From assembly GCA_963785305.1 (NCBI GenBank), contig CAWAUV010000004.1, positions 64,001-128,000 of the forward strand: 64,000 nt of DNA, in the 5' to 3' direction. The notes beneath the pieces are model-generated. The model ran no database searches. It was not told the origin of the DNA and saw only the letters and a program-made list of their open reading frames with translations. The DNA is from an uncultured Planctomycetaceae bacterium (lineage in GTDB: Bacteria; Planctomycetota; Planctomycetia; Pirellulales; PALSA-1355). The position numbers and the translations under genes are program-made. Positions 10,693 to 21,600 of the stretch are shown here, one piece after another (the first letter of the stretch is position 1; every line of letters starts with the position of its first letter).

Positions 10693-11888
10693 GGCAATTC
10701 CTCCAGGGCCGCGTCAAAGGGAATCCGCACGTAGATCGTCGTGCCGCTACCCGGCCCCGATTCAAGTTCAAAGCTCCCGCCGGACATCTCAACGCGCTCG
10801 CGCATGCCGATCAGGCCAATGCGGTTTTGGGAAACCGCCTCGGGTATTATAACGCCGGGATCGAACCCCCGGCCATCGTCCTCGACGATCATTCGCACCT
10901 CGTTGCGCTTAAATTCCATCAACACGCTCACATACTTGGCGCCCGAGTGCTTGGCGACATTGCATAATGACTCCTGCGCGACTCGGTAAACGGTGGTTTC
11001 GATGTGACTAGCCAATCTTTGCGCCGGCGGTCCGAGGCAATCATAATCGGCGGCGATTTGGGTGCTTTGACGCCAGTCGTGCAAATATTGTTGGACCGCG
11101 GAGTCGAGCCCTAGGTCATCGAGCGCCGTGGGACGCAAATTCGTCGCCAAACGATGCGATTCTTGTCCGATATGGTTCGCGATCTCCAATAGATGGTCGA
11201 GTGTTCGTCGATCTTCCTCCGAAGCAGCGCGGTCGAGCGACCGCAATCCGAGAATCAACGCGGTGACATGCTGCCCTAACTCGTCGTGGAGTTCGCGGCT
11301 CAGCCGCCGACGTTCGTCTTCTTGCACACCGATTAGTTTTCGCATCAGGGCATCGCGTTGATCGAGTGCTTGCCGTCGATCGGTCCGGTCCACCAGCGTG
11401 GTCGGAAACGAAATTCCAGCGGTCTCGCTTCGTAGCGAACGGCGACTTATGAGTTCGAGTTCCAGAGCCGGGTCGCGCGGAGTCACGAAACGAATTACCG
11501 AGCGGATTTGTCCCCGCTCCGAACGGCAGCGCCGCATGTGGTCGAGAAAAGGAACCCGATCGCTAAACGCGATAAACTGCCGCAGCGGCATGCCGAGGAT
11601 CCGCGAGCGTTCCTTGTCGAATAGCGCCGCCGCCGCGAGATTGATTTCCATGACCGCTCCGATCCCGTCGAGCACGCAAAAGGGCACGGGAGCGAAGTCA
11701 AACAGATCGGTGTATTTTTCGCGCGAATCATCGAGCAGCCGTTGAGCCCGAATCAGTCCGTCGGTCTGAATCGTCATGGCCTCGCGCATCGTGTCGACCC
11801 GGTTCCAACTTGGTTCGCTGGCCGGATTCGCGCCGACCGCGCCGCGTGTGCTTGAGTCGGGGCTTTGGGTGGCGTCGCGCTTGGCCAT
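10686..11888 (-). CDS. PAS-domain sensor histidine kinase (HisKA_3 type)
   Basis: QEDERRRLSRELHDELGQ H-box, YRVAQESLCNVAKHS, VEDDGRGF, GLIGMRER. Confidence 0.92.
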   Translation of the reverse strand: MAKRDATQSPDSSTRGAVGANPASEPSWNRVDTMREAMTIQTDGLIRAQRLLDDSREKYTDLFDFAPVPFCVLDGIGAVMEINLAAAALFDKERSRILGMPLRQFIAFSDRVPFLDHMRRCRSERGQIRSVIRFVTPRDPALELELISRRSLRSETAGISFPTTLVDRTDRRQALDQRDALMRKLIGVQEDERRRLSRELHDELGQHVTALILGLRSLDRAASEEDRRTLDHLLEIANHIGQESHRLATNLRPTALDDLGLDSAVQQYLHDWRQSTQIAADYDCLGPPAQRLASHIETTVYRVAQESLCNVAKHSGAKYVSVLMEFKRNEVRMIVEDDGRGFDPGVIIPEAVSQNRIGLIGMRERVEMSGGSFELESGPGSGTTIYVRIPFDAALEELPC

Positions 11889-11903
11889 GCCTGGTCTCCC
11901 CCT

Positions 11904-14624
11904 TTATTCCGGGCGAATGGTGACGATGAACGACGGTAGTTGTCCATCGGCCTGGGCGAATCGCCTCACGCTCAGCGCGGCCCGAACCGGCGCGGCGGTG
12001 TCCAAGGCGAGTGACAGCGGCCGCGTAACGGCCGTGCCGTCGCCGTCGCGTTCGGCTTGCAAGAGCGCGGGCAACTCGGTTGTTTTCCAAAATCCCCGCT
12101 GAAATTCGGCGACCGGCGTGTCAAGCGGCTGATCGTGGGCAATACCGAACAACTCGCCGAATGGCTCGTTCACCGCCCGCACGCATAATTCGGCGTCGAC
12201 GAACATGGCTGGCTCGCGAATCAGCGATAACAGTTGGTCGACAAACGAAGGCTCGACGATGAGCTGGCCTTGCTGCCGCTTGACGGCTTGAATGTCGAAC
12301 AGCGCGAGCACCGCGCCGTCGATGCGGTTCTCGATATTTTTGTACGGCCGAATGCGGAGCGAGTACCAGCGCCCTTGCTTGTCGCGCACTTCCCGACCGC
12401 TCGTGGTCATGGTATCGACGACTTCGCTGATCAAATGCTCGATGTCCGGGCAGTCGATATTGGGTTTGATATGGCCGATCGGCCGGCCGATGTCGGTCGG
12501 GATCAAGTTGAGAATTTTTTCGGCCATTGGCGTGAATCTGCGGATGCGGAGATCGCCGGACACCATGACGATCGCGATCTGAACGCTGCCGAGCAGGTTG
12601 ATCAAGTCGCTGTTGACGCGGCTGAGCTCCTCGTTTCGGCCGTGCAGCTCTTCGTTCAGCGTGTTGAGCTCTTCGTTGGTCGATTGAAGTTCTTCCTTGG
12701 CCGTGTCGAGCTCTTCGTTGGTCGACTGCAACTCTTCGTTGCTCGAAAGAATTTCCTCGTTGGCGGATTGCAATTCCTCGTTGGCCGCTTCCAAGTCCTG
12801 AATAATCGATTGGAGATATTCGCGGCTCGCGGCCAGCTCTTGCCGCAGGCGGCCAATTTCTTCCTCGCGGACTTTCCGCTGGTCCGCGCACGACTTTCCC
12901 CTCGTCGCCTTCGGGTTGGCCGTGGATTCATCGACCGCATGCGCGCCCGCATCGAAAAACAGCACGAGATACGATCGATCCTCGGCCGGCGCGCCCAGCG
13001 GCACGACTTCGATATCGACGTCGCGTCCCTGTCCATTGGACTTCACATGCACCCCCTCGCGGCGCACGGGCGCCTCGGACTTGCGCGCCGCGCGAGCGCC
13101 GCGCGCAACGCCTGGGCCAAGCCTTCGCGGGCCATTTTCAAGAGATTCAAACTGGCGTCGCCCGGGGCGGGCTCCAAATAGTAGCCGGTTTGACCGCGGA
13201 AGTGGACGATTTGCAGTTTCGCGTCGACGATCACTCCGGCCGGAGTATATTTGTCGAGCAACAACCGATTGACTTCGGTCTGCGCCGCCGAGCTCGCGCG
13301 GGGCTCGACGCCGTTTTTCCTCGCCAGTTCGATCGAGGGCAACTTGTAATCCGATTGCATGATCACCGTCGTCGCCAGATCGACCGCTTTTTTCGAATAC
13401 ACGCGATGCTTCTTATCGGCCACGGCAAACAGGTCGCCATGCACGCCCACGGTTTCCGCCTGACCGAGCATCAGGAACCCGTTGGCCTTGAGCGCGTAAT
13501 GAAAGATCATCATCAGCTTCTTCTGAAGCGTCGTGCCAAGATAAATCAACACGTTTCGGCACAGGATCAGGTCCAGCTTCGAGAATGGCGGGTCCCGGGT
13601 CAAATCTTGCCGAGCAAAAATACAAAGATCGCGAACGGTCTTGCTGATCAGATAGTGTCCGTCGCTGCGGATGAAAAAGCGGCTCAGCCGCTCGGGCGAA
13701 ACATCGGCTTTGATCGTGTCGGAGTACAAGCCAGCCCGAGCACGCTCGATGGCCATTTCGCTTAAATCCGTGGCGAATATCTGGATCGAGACGTTTTTCG
13801 CGTCGTCGCCCAAAAATTCGAGCAACGCCATGCCGACGGAATAGGGCTCTTCGCCGGTCGAACAGCCAGGAATCCAAATGCGGATCGGCATGTCCGCCTT
13901 GCGCTCCGCCACGATCCGTGGAAACACGAGCTGTTGCAACGTGTCGAACGATTCCGTCTCGCGGAAAAACCGCGTGACATGAATCAAAATGTCTTGGAAG
14001 AGATGTTGGACTTCCGCCGAATTTCCCTCCAAATATTGCAGGTAATGCTCCACGTTGGGAATCTTGTGCAGCACCATGCGGCGGTGAAGTCGGCGCTTGA
14101 TGGTCGGACGCTTATAGTGAGTAAAGTCGACTCCACTCAAGCTTCGCAGCATTTGAAAGACGCGCCGCAGTTGTTCCTCGCCCACCTCGGGCTCATCACC
14201 CAGATTTCGGGCAACTCCACGACGAATGTAAGGGTGACTGGCGATTCGCAATAATTCGACGGCGACTTCCAAGGGCGACAGGACCAGATCGACCATGTTC
14301 GTGGCGATGGCGGCCCGGGGCATGCTGTCGAACTTGGCGGTCGTCGGCTCTTGGGCGAAAGTAATGCCGCCGCCGGCCTTGATCGCCTTGATGCCGATGG
14401 CGCCATCGGTCGCCGTGCCGGAGAGGATCACGCCGATGGCGCGGCCATCGAACTGGTCCGCGACCGAACAGAAAAATGTATCGATCGGGGTATAACGGTC
14501 GGCGCCACCCGGTCTCGGGCCGATGCGAAATGTATCGCCGAGTAGCGTCATGCTGGCGTCGGGCGGAATCACATACACGCGGTTGATCTCGAGTGGCATT
14601 CCGTCGGCGACTTGTGAAACCGGC
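11904..14624 (-). pseudogene. CheB/CheR-PAS fusion, 3' part (interrupted by IS66; additional frameshift near 13080)
   Basis: CheB C-terminal half (ILSGTATDG), CheR (VTRFFRE, WIPGCSTGEEPYS, FATD, CRNVLIY), coiled coil NEELQS repeats, PAS_10. Confidence 0.88.
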
Positions 14625-16163
14625 GTAACTGTTAAGCCGTGGCGTGGCCTGGGCGCGGGGGGGCGGTGGCGATATTGGCGGGGATCGCGGGCGAGGAATT
14701 TCCGGGGATGGGTCGCGTGGCGGATGGTTTAACTGCTATTGGTGATCGGCAGCGGCAGGGTCTTGCCTTGCAATTTAGCGCGGCACGACTTCGATTCCAT
14801 ACCTTGCGAAGCTCAAACCGTTTTTCGCGCCGGTCGCGATCACGCTCTTGATTCGGGCGAACGCCGCCGCGCTCCATTCGGTCCGATGCGTGCCGCCATC
14901 ATTCCTCGCCGCCGCCAGGCTTCGGATGTCGCGTTCGGTTCCGTTGTTGTCGGCCGGAACATTCGCATCGTCGAGGAAGGTGAACAATTCGTCCGAGTGC
15001 TTGAACAGCCGGCGCCAGATTCGCAAACATTCGCGATGCCGCACGCGCAGTCTCGAGCATCAACGTGTCGAAACGGTTTTGAATCTCGTGTCGGGCCGCG
15101 TTGAAAGCTTTTTTGCCGAGCGACTTGCGCTCGTGGCCCAACCGGATCGCGTCTTGAAACAGCGTGATCAACGGCTGGATGAAGGCCCGCACGCTCGCCG
15201 CCGGCAACGTCTCGCGCAGCTTGTGCAACTCGCGAAGCAAATGGACCAAGCAGCGCTGTTTGCGGCAGTCGAGCCCGTTGTAGACCGCATAAAAATCGCT
15301 GACCAGCGTGCCCGCGAACGATGTGCCCAACGCTCGCTCGAGCACGGCCCGATTGCGATGACGATCGATCAGGAACAATGCCAAGCGCGGGTCTCGAAAA
15401 CACCAGGCCCACGCGGGCAGTCCGTCGATCCGCCAACCGGTCTCATCGCCTTGCACGACCGGCGAATTGCGCAAGAGTTCCCAGAGTTTGTCGACCACCG
15501 GCTCGAACAAAGCGCCGCCCCAACGCAAATGGCCGAGCAATCCGGCCCGGCTGGCCGAAAGACCAAAGAAGTCGTTCAGCAAGTGTTGCGTTTTGCCGAG
15601 CGAGATGCCCAGGTGAACCCGCGCGTAGCAGACCAACAAGCGCGCGCGTGGCCCGATGTGGGCGCCGGGCAGTTCCAAGTCGCCGCGTCCTTGGCAGGTG
15701 GCTTGGCAATGTTCACAACGATAGGTATGACGGCGATACCGATGCCATTCGAGCTTGGGCTCTGGAATCTCCGCCATCTCATGGTCTTCGAACTCGCCGG
15801 TGGCGGTCAGATCGCGGCCGCCACAGTGCGGACACTCTCGCGGATGCACATCGTGTTCGATGAATACCGTGCCGGGCGGCGGCCCTGGACGAAAGCTGCC
15901 CGGATGTTTGCGAAACTGCTTGCGGCGGCGATCCTGTTCGCCACGCCGCGCATCGCTGGCCGAGCGGGTTTTCTTGCGCCGCTGCAAAAACTTTTGGACT
16001 TGCTGTTCGAGTTGCTCGACGCGCTTGCGCAGCGTTCCGTTCTCCGCCTGCAACCGGGCGATTTCCGCTTCCAACTCGGCGATCCGTCGATCTCGATCAT
16101 CCATGATCCAGTCAATGTGACCGAAAACCCAATTTCGGGAAAGAGGAAATGCTTAACAGTTAC
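14625..16163 (-). mobile_element. IS66-family insertion sequence, single-ORF (ISBst12-like) type, 1539 bp
   Basis: Perfect 13-bp terminal inverted repeats GTAACTGTTAAGC (14625-14637) and GCTTAACAGTTAC (16151-16163); 8-bp direct repeat AAACCGGC at 14617-14624 and 16164-16171. Confidence 0.95.
14729..16104 (-). CDS. IS66-family transposase (TnpC-like; frameshifts near 15050 and 14780)
   Basis: N-terminal leucine zipper, CPHCG/CEHC Zn finger, DETGW, VSDFYAVY, QRCLVHLLRE, DNNGTERDIR. Confidence 0.9.
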
Positions 16164-16464
16164 AAACCGGCAGCCGGCAATGCGCCGCCAAGAGTTCGGG
16201 CAACAAACTCGTGTTGCTCGGCGAAAGATGCTGGACAAACACGATCGCCATCCCGGAACTCAACGGCAGGTCATGCAGCAACTGCGAGAAGGCTTCGAGC
16301 CCGCCGGCCGAAGCGCCCACGGCCACGATCGGCCAACTTTCACGAGGGCCATTCGGCTCGCCGCCCGAGCTCTCGTCCGCCGCTGGCAGGCTCTCCAGCG
16401 CGGGTACGTCGGCGGAAGTGGTTTGCGCGGAGACTCGCCGCGAACTTTTTCGTTTCTTGGCCAT
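16164..16464 (-). pseudogene. CheB/CheR fusion, 5' part (CheB N-terminus)
   Basis: IVAVGASAGGLEA and VFVQHLSP catalytic motifs; rejoins 14616 in frame (HCRLPV-SQVADGMPLE) once the IS and one target copy are removed. Confidence 0.92.
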
Positions 16465-16785
16465 GGACCGAATCTACTAGGGAATGCGATTTAAAAGCGC
16501 TGAACCACGGAGGACGACGCGCGCGACGGGGTTTCGGCCGGATCGTCGCGTCGAGAGCAATCTTGTCGCCGCCGCCTCATCCTAGCAGTTTTCCGCCGTC
16601 GAAGCGGCTCGCGGGGGGGGGGGGCGTCTCCAAAATTCGTGGATCAAAACGTTTGATCCCGACCGCCGAAACCGCCAAGCGAGCCGACCCCAGCGATACG
16701 GTTCGGGAGCGAAACGTTTCGGGCGCGACACGCTTCGAATCCGGCACGTGTTTTCACTGGCGGCGGTTCGGGTGTTCACCGGGGC

Positions 16786-18048
16786 TCATGAATCGCTAGC
16801 CACGAGTCGCAGCGGCAGGTCGATCTCGCGGCCCTCGCGGACGACGGTGAGAATCACTTCGTCGCCGGGCCGCTTGGCTTCCACGAGATTGAGAAAATCG
16901 TTCGCCGTGGTGATCGGTCGGTGGTCGACGGCGATGATCAGGTCGGCCGCGTTGCGATCGATCGTCTGCGACTCGTAGGAGAAGGGTCCTTGCCGACGCC
17001 GCTGCTTCACCACTTTAAATCCGCGCAATCCCGCCTGCTCGGCTGGCCCGCCGGGCGTCATCGTGGCGATCAGGAGCCCCTTTTCCGTTTGAAGCACGCG
17101 GGCAATGCCGGCGTCGGGACGAATCACGCGGCCATGAGCGATCAACTCCGGCACGACCCGAACGATATTGGACACCGGAATAGCGAAGCCGACACCCGCG
17201 CTTTGGCCCGTCTTGCTGGCGATGGCCGTGTTCATGCCGATGAGCCGGCCGTGGCTGTCGAGCAGCGGACCGCCCGAGTTGCCGGGGTTGATCGCGGCGT
17301 CGATCTGAATGATCGACTTGATCGTGCGATGGTTGTGGGTCGGCAGCGAGCGATCGAGACTCGAAATGATTCCGGTGGTGAGCGTGCGCTCGAGTCCAAA
17401 AGGATTGCCGATGGCGAACACCTTCTGGCCGACCCGCAGCCGCTGGGAGCTGCCGAGCGTGACCGGCATCAGCGAATCGCGGGGCGCGTCGATCTTGAGC
17501 ACCGCCACATCATTCGAGGCGTCGCCTCCCACGAGCCGGGCTTCGTAGCTCTTGCCATCGTAGAGCGTCACTTGGATTTCCCGCGCGTCTTCGATCACAT
17601 GGTAGTTCGTGAGAATATGTCCCTCGAGATCGAGCACCGAACCGGAGCCGGCGCCCTCGGCCGGTATTTCGAACAGGCTGAAGGTATCATTGCGAACCAC
17701 CTTCGTGTTGATGTTCACCACCCCGCGATTGCAACTCTCGTACACGCGCACGCTGACCCGCTCCTCCGGCGTGAGATCGTCGTCTTCGGGCGGCAGCCGC
17801 TCGAGGACCGGTTCGTCAACGGGCGCGGGAGCCCCTGGCGGCTGGGCCGGCCGAGGCCGCGACTGCCGAGGATCGACAAACGCGGCTGGGCCCTGGCCCG
17901 CGGACGCCGGCGCCGAGCGGCGCGAGGAACCCGGCTCGGCCGCCAGGGCGAGGACGGCGTTGTCCCGCTGGGTGAGCAGCAGTGTCAGGGCCGAGCCCAG
18001 AAGCGCGGAGCCAAGGCAGAGTAAACTGATGCGACGCATGAGAATCAC
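16786..18048 (-). CDS. HtrA/DegP-like trypsin serine protease with PDZ domain
   Basis: GSGSV, ILTNYHVI, DVAVLK, AIGNPFGL, DAAINPGNSGGPL. Confidence 0.93.
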   Translation of the reverse strand: MILMRRISLLCLGSALLGSALTLLLTQRDNAVLALAAEPGSSRRSAPASAGQGPAAFVDPRQSRPRPAQPPGAPAPVDEPVLERLPPEDDDLTPEERVSVRVYESCNRGVVNINTKVVRNDTFSLFEIPAEGAGSGSVLDLEGHILTNYHVIEDAREIQVTLYDGKSYEARLVGGDASNDVAVLKIDAPRDSLMPVTLGSSQRLRVGQKVFAIGNPFGLERTLTTGIISSLDRSLPTHNHRTIKSIIQIDAAINPGNSGGPLLDSHGRLIGMNTAIASKTGQSAGVGFAIPVSNIVRVVPELIAHGRVIRPDAGIARVLQTEKGLLIATMTPGGPAEQAGLRGFKVVKQRRRQGPFSYESQTIDRNAADLIIAVDHRPITTANDFLNLVEAKRPGDEVILTVVREGREIDLPLRLVASDS

Positions 18049-18061
18049 CGATCGAGGCTAT

Positions 18062-18136
18062 GGAACAGGGTGCGGCGGAACAGGGTGCGGCGGAACCGGG
18101 TGCGGCGGAACAGGGTGCGGCGGAACCGGGTGCGGC
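18062..18136. repeat. 15-bp tandem repeat GGAAC(A/C)GGGTGCGGC x5
   Basis: Units at 18062, 18077, 18092, 18107 and 18122, immediately upstream of the HtrA start. Confidence 0.95.
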
Positions 18137-18619
18137 GCGCGCCGCGAACGCAGAATCGTCGCAAGCGATTCGCGCATGCCGAAAATCCTGAAAAACGGCC
18201 CGCGGGCGGCTTATTCTTCTTTCCACGATACGCGAGCGAGGCTATTTTTCCAACGGCGCTTGCCGGGGAGCATGTTACGACTTTCGGTTTTCGGTTTTCA
18301 TTTTTCCGTGGGCGATGCGGGGCCGTTGGCGCGGCGGAGAGTGCTTGCGGGATTGCCGGCGCCCGTCGCCGAGGCGGCGCGCCGCGATCTTGGCCGAGGC
18401 CGGTAGGGCCGGTTGCGCGGAAAATTCCGAAATTCCCGACGCCAAGTCTTGAATTTTTGTAGCGGTAATCGAGTAGAACAAATAGAATATGGAAGCGGCT
18501 GCGGGGGGCCATCACTTCGCCGCCGCGACAATTCCCGTTTGCCATTCCCTGCGGCGCCTGGGCTTCGCCACGGAACACGAAGCACCGAGCGCCGAGACAT
18601 TTCGTGTTTGGAGCTTGCC

Positions 18620-21600
18620 ATGTCCATGTCCAAAGCTTGCTCGCTATTGACGGCGCTTGGTTTGGTGCTGGGTCACTCGGTCGCTGGGGGCGCTGCCCCG
18701 GAGAACAAGGAGTCGGCGCCCGCGCAACTCGCCAATCGTGGCGGCGCCGCGCCGAGTCATCTGGACACCTATGTGCGAGCCGATGGCGCCGCATACTTCG
18801 CGCTGAGCCTTTCGCCGACCGGAGCGGCGCCCAAGGCGGCTGGCCACGACATCGCGGTGTTGTTCGACACGTCGGCCAGCCAGGCCGGGCCGTTTCGCGC
18901 CAAGGGACTCGAAACCCTGGAAGCCTTCATCGAGCGACTGCCTCCGACCGATCGCGTGCAACTGTTTGCGGTCGATATCTATCCCACGGCGCTGACCGAT
19001 GGTTTCGTGTCGCCCGCTGGCGAAAGCATCAAAAAGGCAATTGCGACCCTCAAGAACTGCGCACCGCTGGGATCGACCGATCTGCCCGCCGCGCTCGAGG
19101 CCGCCCGGCTGGCCCTTGAAGGCAAGGCGCCCGCCCAAGCGAGCGACGCGAAATCGACCGATAGCGCGGCGAATTCGACTGGCGACAAAACTTTAGCAGC
19201 CGACAAAACTTTAACCGCCGATAAGGCGAGCCCCGCGCGGAAAGACGCTCCGGCGAGCGATCGCACGCGCGCGATCGTTTATATCGGCGATGGCCAGAGC
19301 GTGGCCAACATGGTCGACATTACCGCGTTTCGCGATGCGACCGAGCGAATGTCGCAAAGCCGAATCTCGCTGACGAGCCTCGCGATCGGTCCGCGGCTCG
19401 ACACCGGCCTGCTCGCCGCGCTCGCCAACCAAACCGGCGGAATGCTCGCCGTCGACGGCGACACGTTCACGCCGCACCAATTCGCGCAGTTTCTGGCGAT
19501 CGGGGCGCATGGCGCCGTGCTTTGGCCCGACGCGATGCGCTGGCCCGAAGCGCTCGGCGATGTGTTTCCGCGTCAGCTCCCGCCGCTCAGGTTCGATCGG
19601 GAAACGGTCGTGCTCGGGCAAGGCAAGCCGGCGTGCCCGGTGACGATCCAAGTCACGGCCGACTGTTTGAACGCGCGCATGCCGCTCGCCTGGAGGATCG
19701 AAAGCGCTCATTTGAATGAGGACCTGTCGTTTCTGCCGCAATTGATCGATCTCGTGCGCGTGAGCGATGGTCTGACTCTGCCCACGCTGGGCGACGCGGG
19801 CTTGCGCGAAACCGGGCGGATGCTCGGCGCCGGCAACCAGCGCTTGGCCGATCTGAGCAACCAAGCCATTGCGGTTGGCAATTTCGACGACGCCGAAAAG
19901 TTGGCCGACGAAGCCTTGCGCCGCGATCCGCGCGACCCGATGGCGCAAGCCGTCAAGCGCAAGCTGTCTGAAACGCGCGCCCAAGGCGGCAAGGAATCGG
20001 CCATGAAGGAAAAGAAGGGTGGACTGAAGCTTGGCAAGCCGAAGGGCAAGGATTCCTCGAGATTGCGTCGCGCCGCCGACGACCTGGCGGCGAGCGAGTC
20101 GGCAACCGGCAATGACGGCGCATGGGGCGCCGTGTTGTTCGCCGTTCCCGATGAATTGCCCGCCGACGCGCCTGCGCCGACCTTGCTCGACAACCAGCAG
20201 CGCGACAACGATGTGGTCGCGGGCCTGATCGAACTGCAAGTCAACAACGCCCTCAAGACCGCCCGGGCGCACATGTCCGACAATCCGTCGGGCAATCTGC
20301 AAGACATCAAAGTGTTGCTCGAGCAGGTGCATGCCGCGCCGGAATTGAACACCGAACTGCGCCATCGCCTCCAAACCGAGCTCGCCACGATGGTGCGAGA
20401 GATCGAACGCCGGGTCGTCGAAAAAGACGCGAACGAAGCGGCGGCCAATCACACCCTGGCCGCTGCTCGCGAGCGCGAGCGACTTGCCCGGGAGCTCGAC
20501 ACGAAGCAGGAAAAAGAGCGACAATTGATGGACCGCTTCAACTCGCTGATGGGCGAGCGGCGGTATCTGGAAGCCCAAGAGGGCCCGGCGGCCGAGATCT
20601 CGGCGCTCGACCCGCGAAGCCCGAATGCTGTCGCGGCCACGCTCAATTCACGCATGACGCGGAATGTGACCCAAAACGTCGATTTCCGCCTGCGTCGCCA
20701 GCGGGGCGTGATCGATATGCTCGCCCAGGCCGAGCTGTCGAGCATTCCATTTCCCGACGATCAGCCGATCGTGTATCCCGACGCGCAGTTCTGGCAAGAG
20801 CTTACTTTGCGCCGCAAACAATATGCGGCGGTCGACTTGAAGAAGGACTCGGCGGCGGAGAAGAAGATTCGCAAGGCGCTCGCCGACTCGACGGTGCTCG
20901 AGTTCGTGGAAACGCCGCTGAGCGATGTGATCGCTTACTTGCGAGATCTGCATCAGATCGAGATTCAGGTCGACGACAAGAAATTGGAGGAGGCCGGCAT
21001 CAGCCTCGATATGCCGATCACCAAGACGCTTCGCGGCGTCAGCCTCAAGAGCGCCCTGCGGCTCATGCTCCAGCCGCTCGAGCTTTCCTATGTGATCAAG
21101 GATGAAGTGCTCCTGATCACCACCAAGGAAGAAGTCGACAACACGCTCGTGACCAAAGTCTATCCGGTCGCCGACCTCGTGCTTCGGATTCCCCCCGCAA
21201 TGCCGATGGGCATGCGAGGCGGCATGGGTGGCATGGGTGGCATGATGGGCGGTGGCATGGGTGGCGGAATGGGTGGCATGGGTGGCGGAATGATGGGCGG
21301 CATGGGTGGCGGAATGGGTGGCGGAATGGGTCGCATGGGCGGTGGCATGGGCGGAATGTTCGTCGTGCCCGATGAACTGCCGGTCGACGGGCCCCTGGGC
21401 CCCACGCTGCTCGACACCCAGCAGCGCGACAACGATGTGGTCGCGGGCATGATCGAATTGCAAGTCGCCAACGCCATTAAAAACGCCCGGGCGCACATGG
21501 CCGACAATCCCACCGGCAATCGCCAGGACTTGAAGGAGTTGCTCGATCACGTGCGGCTCGCGCCGGAACTGAATTCCGAGCTGCGCAGTCGGCTCCAGGG

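Noticed and set aside
14848..16494. 548-aa plus-strand ORF across the IS
   Set aside because: Antisense to the transposase and cheB; no recognisable motifs.
18062..18136. CRISPR array (also considered for 561-605 and 9947-10007)
   Set aside because: Units are contiguous 13-15-mers with no unique spacers, and there are no cas genes.
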